Origin: Flavobacteriaceae bacterium
Lineage (GTDB): Bacteria; Bacteroidota; Bacteroidia; Flavobacteriales; Flavobacteriaceae
DNA length: 64,000 bases
NCBI GenBank assembly: GCA_964227255.1
Contig: CAXQVI010000017.1
Location: 5,840 to 69,839, forward strand
Reading direction: 5' to 3'
Within the stretch, counting starts at the first letter, position 1. Each line of letters begins with the position of its first letter. The notes beneath the pieces are model-generated. The model was not told where the DNA came from. It did no database searches and was given only the letters and a program-made list of their open reading frames with translations. The position numbers and the translations under genes were made by a program. Below are positions 1 to 8,911 of this stretch, piece after piece.

Positions 1-338
1 CGGACACCAATAATATCTCCCATGTCTAATAATTTCTTAAACACAGTGTTATAGATTGTGGTGTCTTCTCCAGTGCTCAAATCATCGCGATTTAAATAAA
101 TCTGCATACGTCCAGAAGCGTCTTTTAATTCAGCAAAAGATGCCTTACCCATGATCCTTCTACTCATCATTCTACCTGCAAGAACAACCTCTTTTCCTTC
201 AAAAGCTTCGAAACCTTCAGTAATTTCTTTGATAGTAGCCGTAGTTTTAAATTCATTTGCAGGATAAGGGTTGATACCCAGTTCACGAAGTTTGGTAAGT
301 GACTCTCTTCTAAGTATTTCTAGTGCTGATAATTGCAT
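1..338 (-). CDS. lysS: lysine--tRNA ligase, N-terminal 112 codons (rest lies left of the window)
   Basis: My own reverse-strand translation from the ATG at 338-336 gives MQLSALEILRRESLTKLRELGINPYPANEF...AGRMMSRRIMGKASFAELKDASGRMQIYLNRDD. This is the typical class II LysRS N-terminus and start of the OB-fold. The ORF is open to the window edge, so it is missing from the ORF track. Confidence 0.8.
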   Translation of the reverse strand, partial: MQLSALEILRRESLTKLRELGINPYPANEFKTTATIKEITEGFEAFEGKEVVLAGRMMSRRIMGKASFAELKDASGRMQIYLNRDDLSTGEDTTIYNTVFKKLLDMGDIIGV

Positions 339-459
339 GCTAAAATTTATTTAAATTGACCTTAATTTTTAAGTGTGCAAAGATACAATGTATAGATTAA
401 AAAAATAATGAAAAAGTTAAAGAATTTTGACGGTAATTAACGATTTTATTCTATATTTG

Positions 460-563
460 CTTGCTGCTTTAGAAGCAGTAGTTGTGTTGTAAGACGTGAA
501 AACGTCGAGGTTATTTTAACCAATGGAAAGCTTCCCGGAAAACTGGGACGCTTTTTTTATTTT
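460..563 (+). ncRNA. candidate small RNA (promoter-to-terminator unit without ORF)
   Basis: A TATATTTG -7 box lies at 452-459. Hairpins follow at 462-480 and at 493-506 (GACGT-GAAA-ACGTC, with a GNRA loop). A terminator hairpin at 533-548 is followed by a T-run at 552-558. Both flanking genes are on the minus strand, so no plus-strand CDS is being terminated here. Confidence 0.3.
533..563 (+). terminator. intrinsic terminator
   Basis: TCCCGG-aaaa-CTGGGA stem, then CGCTTTTTTTATTTT. Confidence 0.55.
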
Positions 564-577
564 AGAGCATTTCCTAA

Positions 578-1084
578 TTAGAACCCTACCAAAGCTTCTC
601 GGTAATCCCAGAAAAGGATTGCATAATACACTAAAAATGCTGTCGACGTCGCAAACTTTAGAAAAGTAGATGAAATAAATCCGATAAACGATCCAAATGC
701 AGCTTTCAAAGCACGTTTGCTATCCGAACTATCATGAATCATTTCTCCTAAAAAAGCCCCTAAAAATGGCCCTATGATTAGACCGAAAGGAGGGAAGAAT
801 AAGATTCCTGCTAACAAACCTAGCATCGTTCCAACAACCCCATATTTTGATCCTCCGAATTTTTTTGTTCCTATTGCTGGAATAAAATAATCCACAATCC
901 ATACAACAATTGCTATAAATAAAGTAATACCTAAAACAGTCCAGTTCATAGGAACAGCATTCGTGAGATGTAAGATTAATAATCCAACCCAACCAGTGAT
1001 TGGACCCGGTAGTATAGGTAAGAACGAACCTACAATTCCTAATATCATAAATAGAAAACCAATTAGTGAAAGAAATATATCCAT
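578..1084 (-). CDS. DUF456-family small inner-membrane protein
   Basis: 168-aa ORF that is almost entirely hydrophobic, with 4-5 TM segments. The N-terminus GIVGSFLPILPGPITGWVGLL is typical of DUF456 proteins. Confidence 0.7.
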   Translation of the reverse strand: MDIFLSLIGFLFMILGIVGSFLPILPGPITGWVGLLILHLTNAVPMNWTVLGITLFIAIVVWIVDYFIPAIGTKKFGGSKYGVVGTMLGLLAGILFFPPFGLIIGPFLGAFLGEMIHDSSDSKRALKAAFGSFIGFISSTFLKFATSTAFLVYYAILFWDYREALVGF

Positions 1085-1138
1085 GCAGCGAATTTAACTC
1101 TTGTATAATTAAAAGAAAAGTTAAAATATCATTTTTTC

Positions 1139-1179
1139 AACTAAAAAATTAGTTTAAACTAAAAATTTAGTTACATTTG
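1139..1179 (+). promoter_or_regulatory. two tandem 16-bp palindromes (candidate BlaI operators) abutting a TACATTTG -7 box
   Basis: AACTAAAAAATTAGTT at 1139-1154 and AACTAAAAATTTAGTT at 1157-1172. TACATTTG lies at 1172-1179, 27 nt before the ATG at 1206. Confidence 0.5.
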
Positions 1180-1205
1180 TAAATGAAAATTAGAATTATA
1201 CGGAT

Positions 1206-1571
1206 ATGGAAAAGCAATTAACAAAAGCAGAAGAGCAGATTATGCAAGTGTTGTGGGATTTAGAGCAGACTTCAGTAAAAGATATTATTGAGGAGTTGCC
1301 GGAACCAAAGCCAGCTTATAATACAGTGTCTACAATTATTAGAATATTAGAACAAAAGGAATTTGTAGGGCATGAAAGTAAGGGTAGAGGTTATGAGTAT
1401 TTTCCATTGATTAAGAAAGAGGAATACAGTAATCAAAGCTTACACAAACTAGTGGATGGTTATTTTGGGGGTTCATTTAAAAATATGGTATCCTTTTTTG
1501 TCAAGAAGAATGAGGTTGATTTAAATGAATTGGAAGAGATGATGGAGTCAATAAATAAAGATAAATCCTAG
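1206..1571 (+). CDS. BlaI/MecI/CopY-family winged-helix transcriptional repressor
   Basis: 121 aa. LTKAEEQIMQVLWD...PAYNTVSTIIRILEQKEFV is the family wHTH signature. The gene lies 2 nt upstream of an M56 sensor gene. Confidence 0.85.
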   Translation: MEKQLTKAEEQIMQVLWDLEQTSVKDIIEELPEPKPAYNTVSTIIRILEQKEFVGHESKGRGYEYFPLIKKEEYSNQSLHKLVDGYFGGSFKNMVSFFVKKNEVDLNELEEMMESINKDKS

Positions 1572-1573
1572 TT

Positions 1574-2857
1574 ATGTTACAGTATATAATTCAAGTTATT
1601 GTTATTCAGGTAGTATTTTTGTTGGCCTATGATGTATGGTTGCGAAAAGAAACATTTTTTAAGTGGAACAGGGTGTATTTGCTTTCGACATTGGGAATAT
1701 CTTTTGTATTGCCATTTTTAAAAGTCAATGTTTCTCAAAATGAAATTACAAATACTGTTTCTGCAATGTTGCCTGAAATTATTTTGAATCCGACTACAGC
1801 AGTTCAAAGCATGAGTTCAAATTATTCAATGATGAACATGGTTGAATTCGGTGTTTATGCGGTCATTATTGTTCTGACTTTTGTTTTTATATATAAACTT
1901 TCGAAAATATTTTATCTCATTGGATCCGGGGAAATTATTGAGAAAGGCAAGGTGAAATTGGTACTAACAAAGTATCCGTATTCTGCATTTTCATTTTTCA
2001 ATTTCATCTTTATCAATGAAACCATTTTAAAGCACAATAGTGATATCATTGAGCATGAAATGGTGCATTGCCGAGAAAGGCATACGCTGGATTTGTTAAT
2101 CTTAGAAGTATTAAAAATCTTCATGTGGTTCAATCCGGTTGTATATCTCTATCACCAAAGAGTGACCGAGTTGCATGAATATATTTCAGACGCTCAGGTT
2201 GTTCAATCTTCCGATAAGGTAAAGTATATAAATACATTGTTGGGAGTTACATTCAATGTTCAAAACATTGCATTTATTAATCAATTTTATAAACATTCAT
2301 TAATTAAAAAACGAATAGTTATGATGACTAAAGAGAAATCAAAACAACATAGATTATTGAGATATTTCAGTATAATTCCTTTACTAGCAGGGCTCCTTTT
2401 TTATGTCTCTTGCTCTGATCGAGCAACAGCTACTGAAGTTGATGCAGTAGTTGAAGGAAAGAAGGTCAAAGAAAAAGTACATGTTGAAGAAACTAGAGCT
2501 GACGCCATAAATTTCAACAGTTTAGAGAATGTTCCAAAGTTTAAAGGAGCGACCGGAGGAAAATCTGAATTACAACGTGATTTTCAACAAAAGTTAACGG
2601 CCCATATTATTGATAATTTTAATTTTCAGCTTGGGAATGAGCTGGAATTAGAACCAGATACATATAAAATATTTGTTTCTTTTGTTATTGATAAAGATGG
2701 AAATATTTCCAAAGCGAAAGCAAAAGGGCCAAGACCTGAATTGGAGGAAGAGGGAATTCGTGTGATAAAATCATTGCCACAATTAGAACCTGGAACCATG
2801 GATGGAAAGGCTGTAAATGTCAGTTATGCAGTTCCGATTGCATTTAAGGTTGAATAA
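1574..2857 (+). CDS. BlaR1-like M56 metallopeptidase/signal transducer with TonB-C-like C-terminal domain
   Basis: 427 aa with N-terminal TM segments and the zinc motif HEMVHCRERH (HExxH). The C-terminus (FKGATGG...DGKAVNVSYAVPIAFKV) resembles the TonB C-terminal fold. Confidence 0.8.
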   Translation: MLQYIIQVIVIQVVFLLAYDVWLRKETFFKWNRVYLLSTLGISFVLPFLKVNVSQNEITNTVSAMLPEIILNPTTAVQSMSSNYSMMNMVEFGVYAVIIVLTFVFIYKLSKIFYLIGSGEIIEKGKVKLVLTKYPYSAFSFFNFIFINETILKHNSDIIEHEMVHCRERHTLDLLILEVLKIFMWFNPVVYLYHQRVTELHEYISDAQVVQSSDKVKYINTLLGVTFNVQNIAFINQFYKHSLIKKRIVMMTKEKSKQHRLLRYFSIIPLLAGLLFYVSCSDRATATEVDAVVEGKKVKEKVHVEETRADAINFNSLENVPKFKGATGGKSELQRDFQQKLTAHIIDNFNFQLGNELELEPDTYKIFVSFVIDKDGNISKAKAKGPRPELEEEGIRVIKSLPQLEPGTMDGKAVNVSYAVPIAFKVE

Positions 2858-2880
2858 AACCACATTAATATTGAAATAAA

Positions 2881-2904
2881 ACCGAGCAACGCTCGGTTTT
2901 ATTG
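2881..2904 (+). terminator. intrinsic terminator after BlaR1 gene
   Basis: ACCGAGC-aac-GCTCGGT followed by TTTTATTGTTT. Confidence 0.65.
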
Positions 2905-2961
2905 TTTCAAATTGTGCTGTTTCTTAAAATGTTGTATTTTCACTTTTCAAATGGATAAAAT

Positions 2962-3450
2962 TTGAAAAAGACCCTACTTATTTGTTTTTTATTTTTGTTT
3001 GTTTCCTGTGAGTTTATTGAGAAACAAACGAAAAGAGAACCTATCCCAATTGTAGATACAATTGTCGATTTTAACTCCGTTGATGCTTTTCCATTATTTC
3101 CAGAATGCAATGAAATTCCTTCGCGAAAGAAACAACAGATTTGCTTTCAGGTAAATATGTCGGAATACATCAATGCCGGGCTCAAAAAATATTCATGGAA
3201 CTCTTGGGAGCAGGTGAGTGACACCGTTATGTTGAAATTGATGGTCGATAAGGAAGGAAAAATATCGATGATGGATGTACGCATTTCTGAAACAACTCAA
3301 AAGATTTTACCAAAATTTGACAGTGTCTTGAAAGAAAGTGTGAAGGCTATTCCACAGTTAAAACCTGCCATTAAAAGAAATATTCCAGTAGCAACAATTT
3401 TTGTGCTGCCAATAATTCTTCAAAATAAAGATACCATAGGGCAATTATAA
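2962..3450 (+). CDS. hypothetical lipoprotein, TonB-C-like domain (TTG start as in ORF track)
   Basis: Signal peptide plus lipobox (LFLFVSC). The region VDAFPLFPEC...KEGKISMMDV...IPQLKPAIKRNIPV resembles TonB C-terminal-type domains. Confidence 0.45.
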   Translation: MKKTLLICFLFLFVSCEFIEKQTKREPIPIVDTIVDFNSVDAFPLFPECNEIPSRKKQQICFQVNMSEYINAGLKKYSWNSWEQVSDTVMLKLMVDKEGKISMMDVRISETTQKILPKFDSVLKESVKAIPQLKPAIKRNIPVATIFVLPIILQNKDTIGQL

Positions 3451-3477
3451 AAAAAGCACTGATTACTCAGTGCTTTT
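3451..3477. terminator. bidirectional intrinsic terminator
   Basis: AAAA-AGCACTG-attact-CAGTGCT-TTT, sitting between convergent genes. Confidence 0.6.
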
Positions 3478-3479
3478 CC

Positions 3480-4472
3480 TTAATTGTTTAACATTTTCCA
3501 GAGCTTATCTTTTAACTCTGTTATTCCTGTTTGGGCAACCGATGAGATAAATATCGTTTCAACTCCTTCAGGCAATTCTTGTTGTATTTCTTCTTTTAAC
3601 TCTTCGTCAAGCATATCACTTTTAGAAATAGCCAACAAGCGGTCTTTGTCTAATAATTCCGGATTGTGTTTTTGTAATTCATTGATAAGAATTTCGTATT
3701 CCTTATTAATATCATCCGAATCTGCTGGAATCAAGAATAATAAGGTTGAATTACGTTCTATATGACGCAAGAAATAATGTCCTAAGCCTTTTCCTTCAGC
3801 TGCACCTTCAATAATACCAGGAATATCTGCCATTACAAACGACTGAAATTCGCGGTATTTTACAATACCTAGATTTGGTTTTAATGTGGTAAAAGCATAA
3901 TCAGCAATCTTTGGTTTTGCCGAAGTAATTACTGATAATAAGGTAGATTTTCCGGCATTTGGAAATCCGACTAATCCAACATCAGCCAATAATTTCAATT
4001 CTAATTGAAACCATCCTTCTTGTCCTGGAATTCCTGGCTGTGCATAACGCGGTGTTTGGTTAGTAGATGATTTGAAATTCCAATTTCCTAAACCACCTTT
4101 TCCACCTTTGAGCAGGATTTGCTCAGTGTTTTCTTTTGTGATTTCAAATAAAATTTCCTGAGTTTCTCCATCGCGAACGATGGTTCCTAATGGCACGTCA
4201 ATATAAACATCCTCACCATCGGCACCAGAAGAACGTTGTTTACTTCCGTTACCTCCGTGTTCCGCTTTGAAATGTTTTTTAAACTTCAGACTATATAAAG
4301 TCCAAAGGTTTGAATTCCCTCGGACAATAATATGACCTCCGCGACCTCCGTCACCACCGTCTGGTCCACCTTTGGCCACATATTTCTCGCGGTGAAGGTG
4401 GGTAGATCCTTTACCTCCTTTTCCGGAGGAAGCATGAATCTTTATATAATCTACAAAATTACCTTCAGTCAT
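3480..4472 (-). CDS. obg: GTPase Obg/CgtA
   Basis: Glycine-rich Obg fold ([21 protein letters not shown]) followed by the GTPase motifs GFPNAGKST (G1) and DIPG (G3). Confidence 0.95.
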   Translation of the reverse strand: MTEGNFVDYIKIHASSGKGGKGSTHLHREKYVAKGGPDGGDGGRGGHIIVRGNSNLWTLYSLKFKKHFKAEHGGNGSKQRSSGADGEDVYIDVPLGTIVRDGETQEILFEITKENTEQILLKGGKGGLGNWNFKSSTNQTPRYAQPGIPGQEGWFQLELKLLADVGLVGFPNAGKSTLLSVITSAKPKIADYAFTTLKPNLGIVKYREFQSFVMADIPGIIEGAAEGKGLGHYFLRHIERNSTLLFLIPADSDDINKEYEILINELQKHNPELLDKDRLLAISKSDMLDEELKEEIQQELPEGVETIFISSVAQTGITELKDKLWKMLNN

Positions 4473-4490
4473 AATTTATGGATATCCTTA

Positions 4491-5606
4491 TTATATTTTG
4501 TCAAAAATTGTACTTAAACGCGCAGTAATTTCATCAATTTCACCAACGCCATCAACACCAAAATATTTATTTTGTTCTTGGTAATATTCTTTTAGAATTT
4601 CTGTCTTTTTGTGGTACTCGTTAAAACGGGTTCTGATTTTAGTTTCATTTTGATCATCAGCTCTGCCTGAGGTTTTACCTCTGTTTAGGATACGCTTCAC
4701 TAGTAGGTCTTCCGGGACTTCTAATGCAACCATTCCGTTAATAGCTTCCCCTTTTTCTTCAAGGAAATCATCTAAAGCCTTAGCCTGTGATTCTGTTCTA
4801 GGAAATCCGTCGAAGATAAATCCATTTGCTTCCGGTCGTTTTTCAACCTCCGTTTTCAGCATGTTGATGGTAACCTCATCAGGAACTAAATTTCCATCGT
4901 CCATATAAGACTTTGCAAGAATACCTAGTTCAGTTTCATTTTTGATGTTGTATCTAAAGATATCACCTGTAGAGATATGCACTAGATTGTATTTTTCTTT
5001 TAACAAATCGGCTTGAGTACCTTTACCTGCGCCTGGAGGGCCAAATAATACGATGTTCTTCATAGTAGGAGTTTCAGTTAGTTGGTATATGTCTGCTAAA
5101 TTTCTCCCTATACCGTCGTAGTCCAATCCGTATCCTACAATAAATTTATCTGGAATAGGAATTCCGATATAATCAATTTTTAGGTCTTTCTTGAATACAT
5201 CTGGTTTAAAGAAAAGCGTGGCAATCTTTAGTTGTTTTACGTTTTTGTCTTGAAAGATGTTATAGATTTCCTGAAGTGTATTTCCAGTGTCGATGATGTC
5301 CTCTAAAATCACAACAGTTCTTCCTTCAAGATTTTCATTTACACCAACAAGTTGTTTTATTGCACCTGTAGAAGAAATTCCTTCATAAGAAGCTAATTTT
5401 ACAAAAGAGACCTCACAATCACCACTGTACTTTCTTACAAAGTCAGCAACAAACATGAAGCAGCCATTAAGAATGCCAATAAATAGTGGTTTTTCACCGC
5501 GCAAATCGGCTTCAATCTGCTTCACAAGATTTATAGCAGCTTTATCAATGTCAGTTCGACAGATATAAGTTTTAAAATGTTTATCGTGTAATTTAATGAT
5601 ACTCAT
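4491..5606 (-). CDS. hpt-adk: in-frame fusion of hypoxanthine phosphoribosyltransferase (aa 1-181) and adenylate kinase (aa 182-371)
   Basis: The N-half carries the PRTase PRPP loop VVILEDIIDTGNT. The C-half begins MKNIVLFGPPGAGKGTQ (adenylate kinase P-loop) and contains GFIFDGFPRT. There is no stop codon between the halves, and the internal ATG is at 5063-5061. Confidence 0.85.
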   Translation of the reverse strand: MSIIKLHDKHFKTYICRTDIDKAAINLVKQIEADLRGEKPLFIGILNGCFMFVADFVRKYSGDCEVSFVKLASYEGISSTGAIKQLVGVNENLEGRTVVILEDIIDTGNTLQEIYNIFQDKNVKQLKIATLFFKPDVFKKDLKIDYIGIPIPDKFIVGYGLDYDGIGRNLADIYQLTETPTMKNIVLFGPPGAGKGTQADLLKEKYNLVHISTGDIFRYNIKNETELGILAKSYMDDGNLVPDEVTINMLKTEVEKRPEANGFIFDGFPRTESQAKALDDFLEEKGEAINGMVALEVPEDLLVKRILNRGKTSGRADDQNETKIRTRFNEYHKKTEILKEYYQEQNKYFGVDGVGEIDEITARLSTIFDKI

Positions 5607-5665
5607 AATGTTGTGTTGTTGTTATCCCTTCTGAAAGGCACATTTTTCTTTCAAAAAATAAAGTG

Positions 5666-5673
5666 CAAATTTA
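5666..5673 (-). promoter_or_regulatory. Bacteroidota-type -7 box TAAATTTG upstream of hpt-adk
   Basis: The reverse complement of CAAATTTA matches TAnnTTTG. It lies about 60 nt upstream of the ATG at 5606. Confidence 0.4.
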
Positions 5674-5709
5674 AAACAAAAAACCGTTTCGAGAAATCAA
5701 AACGGTTTT
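5671..5709 (-). terminator. intrinsic terminator after secDF
   Basis: 10-bp stem pairing 5680-5689 with 5700-5709. On the minus strand it is followed by TTTGTTTT. Confidence 0.6.
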
Positions 5710-5741
5710 AATTATATAAAAATAGGTTTGTTGCCTACATA

Positions 5742-8700
5742 TTACTTCTTTTTCTTCTCTTCTTCCTTTTTAATTGTATCATACATGATAGGAGAAGCGA
5801 TAAATAAAGATGAGTATGTACCCACCATTACACCGACAATCAATGCGAACATAAATCCTTTGATTGAATCTCCACCAAATAAGAAGATTGCTAATAATAC
5901 AACTAAAGTTGTTACAGAAGTATTAATTGTTCTTCCCAATGTAGAACTTAGCGCAGTGTCAACCACTCTTGAAAACTTCCAAGAAGTGTGGATTCCTGCG
6001 AATTCACGAATTCTATCGAAGATTACCACGGTATCATTCAACGAATATCCAACTACCGTTAGGATTGCTGCGATAAATGATTGTCCGATTTCCATATCGA
6101 ATGGTAAAACTTTATAGAATAATGAGAAGATCCCCAGCACTACTAATACATCGTGGAATACTGCGGCAACAGCTCCTAACGAATATTGAGGTTTTCTGAA
6201 TCGCAATAAGATGTATAAGAATACAACAATTAACGATCCTAAGATTGCCCATCCTGCAGCGGTTTTAATATCATCTGCAATTGTAGGCTCAACTTTAATC
6301 TTAGATTCAATACCTGCTGGGCGTTCACCTTCGTAATCTACTTTGAATTGCTCCATTGTGTAGTTCTCAGGCAAGTAAGAATTTAATCCGTTGAATAAAG
6401 CTAATTGCACTTCATCATCAACATTTTGACCTTCTTCATCGATCTTGAATTTCGTAGTAATCTTTAACTGGTTTGAGGCACCATATGTTTTTACTTCTGG
6501 AGCTGATTCAAACACATCTTTTAAAGTGTTAGCAACATCTGTTGGGTTTTGAGTCCCTTCAAATTTCACAATATATGTTCTACCTCCAACGAAGTCAACT
6601 CCGTAGTTTAATCCGTTCGTTATTAATGAACCTAAACTGATTAAGATGAACGTTCCTGAAATGATGTAAGCAATCTTACGCTTCTTTAAGAACTCGATGC
6701 TAATATTCTTGAACCAGTTCGCTGTAATTTTTGTATTGAAAGTTAAATCTCCACCTCTGTTAATATGCCAGTCGATTAATAATCTTGTGATGAATACAGC
6801 AGTAAAGAATGAAGTTACAATACCAACCATTAATGTGTAAGCAAATCCTTTTACCGGTCCTGTTCCGAAAGCGTAAAGAATAATACCTGTCAACATTGTT
6901 GTTACGTTGGCATCTAAAATAGCTGAAAGTGCTCCTTTCAAACTAAATCCATGCTCAACAGCAGCTTTAAGTCCTTTTCCTTTATTCAATTCTTCCTTGA
7001 TACGCTCGAAGATAATTACGTTGGCATCAACCGACATACCAATTGTCAAGATAATACCCGCAATACCTGGTAAGGTAAGTACCGCACCAAAAGAAGATAA
7101 AATTCCGAAGATAAATAATAAGTTCACCGCTAATGCAACATCAGCAAATGAACCCGCTTTTCCGTAGTAAACCATCATCCAGATCAAAACAAGTACTAAT
7201 GCTAATGCAAAAGAACTCATAGAACTGTCGATTGCTTTTTGACCTAATGATGGTCCAACAACCTCAGATTGAATAATGTGAGCTGCAGCAGGTAATTTAC
7301 CGGCTTTTAATACGTTTGCGATATCTTGTGCTTCAACAACTGTCATTCCTCCACCCGAGATAGAAGTTCTACCTGTAGTAATTGGAGTGTTAACAGAAGG
7401 AGCAGTGTAAACATAGTCGTCAAGTACAACTGCAACAAATTTCCCAACGTTGTCAGTTGTCATTTTCCCCCATAAACGAGAACCAGTTCCGTTCATAGTC
7501 ATACTAACCTCAGGCTTTCCAGTTTGTCCGAATTCCTGACTTGCGTCTGTAATTACATCACCTTCAATTGGTGCTATATCTTCACGGTTAGATTTGATAG
7601 CGTACAGGTAAATTAAGTCTTCACCTTTTGTTCCGTCAGCTTGAGTAGGAGCAAATGCTTTTGCATCCCATAAGAACTTCACATATTTTAAATCTCCAGT
7701 TCTCAAGTTCGTTACGTCTTTCATACGCAAGTACTCGTTCACCTTTGCAGTATCTTTCACTCTTGCAGTTGCAACTACAGAAGAAACTTGGGCTTGAGAT
7801 TGTGGAATGCTTGGCTGTAATACTGTGAATAAATTCAATACTGGCTTTGCAGCAACAGAGTCAGAAACTTCTCCTAAAAGATCTTCTAAATCATCTTTTG
7901 CTTCTTCAACAGTTTCTTCTTCATCTCCGGTCTGAGCTTCTAAAGCTCGCTGAACTACAGTGTTCGCCTGAAAGAAGAAGTTTGCAGTTTCCTGGTTCGA
8001 GAATACTTCCCAGAATTGTAATTCTGCTGTAGATTGTAATAATTTCTTTACACGGTCAATATCTTTTGCACCTGGCAATTCGATTAAGATACGACCAGAG
8101 TTTCCAATTCTTTGGATGTTTGGTTGGGTAACTCCGAATTTATCAATACGAGAACGCAAAACCTCAAAAGCTGTGTTTACAGAACCTGTAACTTCAGCTT
8201 CGATAATTGGCATTACTTCATCATCAGTCAACTGGAAGTTAATTTTATCTCTTAAAGACTTATTTCCAAAGATGCTAGGATCACTTAGTTTAACTGAACC
8301 AGCACTTACATTTTCAAACTCCTCAAAGAATAATTCCAGGTACGTTCTATCACTGCTTCTTTGTCTTTCAGTAGCTTTTGCAATAGCTTCGTTAAACACC
8401 GGGTTTTTAGAATCGTTCGCTAATCCAACTAAGATATCTTTTACAGAAACTTGCAAGATCGCGTTAATACCACCTTTCAAGTCCAATCCTAAGTTAATTT
8501 CTTTGTTCTTCGCCTCGCTGTAAGTGTATTTAGCGAATCCTAATCCTGCAACTTCCTCGTTAGCAACTGAGTCTAAATAAACTCGTTCAAATCTTGCTAT
8601 CTCACGTGCGTCATCAGATTTCGATTCAGCATATACTTTAGCGTCATCTTCTACACTATTTGTCATCCACGTAAATGATAATTGGTAAATACTTACCAAT

Positions 8701-8744
8701 CCAAAGAGGACAGCGAATAATGTTATAAGTCCTTTATTCTGCAT
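5742..8744 (-). CDS. secDF: protein translocase subunit SecDF (fused)
   Basis: 1000-aa ORF. It has an N-terminal TM segment, a large periplasmic domain (LGLDLKGG), and two six-TM blocks (the SecD and SecF halves) in one frame, as is usual in Bacteroidota. Confidence 0.95.
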   Translation of the reverse strand: MQNKGLITLFAVLFGLVSIYQLSFTWMTNSVEDDAKVYAESKSDDAREIARFERVYLDSVANEEVAGLGFAKYTYSEAKNKEINLGLDLKGGINAILQVSVKDILVGLANDSKNPVFNEAIAKATERQRSSDRTYLELFFEEFENVSAGSVKLSDPSIFGNKSLRDKINFQLTDDEVMPIIEAEVTGSVNTAFEVLRSRIDKFGVTQPNIQRIGNSGRILIELPGAKDIDRVKKLLQSTAELQFWEVFSNQETANFFFQANTVVQRALEAQTGDEEETVEEAKDDLEDLLGEVSDSVAAKPVLNLFTVLQPSIPQSQAQVSSVVATARVKDTAKVNEYLRMKDVTNLRTGDLKYVKFLWDAKAFAPTQADGTKGEDLIYLYAIKSNREDIAPIEGDVITDASQEFGQTGKPEVSMTMNGTGSRLWGKMTTDNVGKFVAVVLDDYVYTAPSVNTPITTGRTSISGGGMTVVEAQDIANVLKAGKLPAAAHIIQSEVVGPSLGQKAIDSSMSSFALALVLVLIWMMVYYGKAGSFADVALAVNLLFIFGILSSFGAVLTLPGIAGIILTIGMSVDANVIIFERIKEELNKGKGLKAAVEHGFSLKGALSAILDANVTTMLTGIILYAFGTGPVKGFAYTLMVGIVTSFFTAVFITRLLIDWHINRGGDLTFNTKITANWFKNISIEFLKKRKIAYIISGTFILISLGSLITNGLNYGVDFVGGRTYIVKFEGTQNPTDVANTLKDVFESAPEVKTYGASNQLKITTKFKIDEEGQNVDDEVQLALFNGLNSYLPENYTMEQFKVDYEGERPAGIESKIKVEPTIADDIKTAAGWAILGSLIVVFLYILLRFRKPQYSLGAVAAVFHDVLVVLGIFSLFYKVLPFDMEIGQSFIAAILTVVGYSLNDTVVIFDRIREFAGIHTSWKFSRVVDTALSSTLGRTINTSVTTLVVLLAIFLFGGDSIKGFMFALIVGVMVGTYSSLFIASPIMYDTIKKEEEKKKK

Positions 8745-8911
8745 AATGATTAATTTATACTATTTTATAATTGTAAAACGTGCAAATATATATTTTTGTG
8801 AGGCAAGAAACAATACTTTTTTAGCTTTTTATCCCTATATTTTATCGGTTGTCGTAAACGATGAGTTTACCTTAATTTAATTTCTATATTTGTTCGCAAA
8901 ACCGATATATA

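Noticed and set aside
460-563. Possibility that the candidate sRNA at 460-563 is the SRP (4.5S) RNA or another known housekeeping RNA.
   Set aside because: I cannot find the conserved SRP domain IV sequence (the GGAAGCAGCC-type symmetric/asymmetric loop context) or the tmRNA, RNase P or 6S hallmarks. It stays an unclassified candidate.
732-992. Many ORF-track entries lie antisense to, or out of frame within, long well-supported genes. Examples are 732-992, 1912-2133, 3484-3765, 5728-6117, 6907-7167, 8116-8523, 9250-9672, 15023-15301, 16139-16423, 24781-25209, 26243-27308, 31579-31983, 33973-34326, 38865-39248, 41667-41963, 44952-45212, 52183-52482, 55634-56391, 60086-60418 and 61584-62621.
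   Set aside because: Each is fully embedded in a longer ORF whose product has clear family motifs. Their translations are low-complexity (rich in S, I, F, L, N) with no recognisable motifs, as expected for shadow ORFs in AT-rich DNA.
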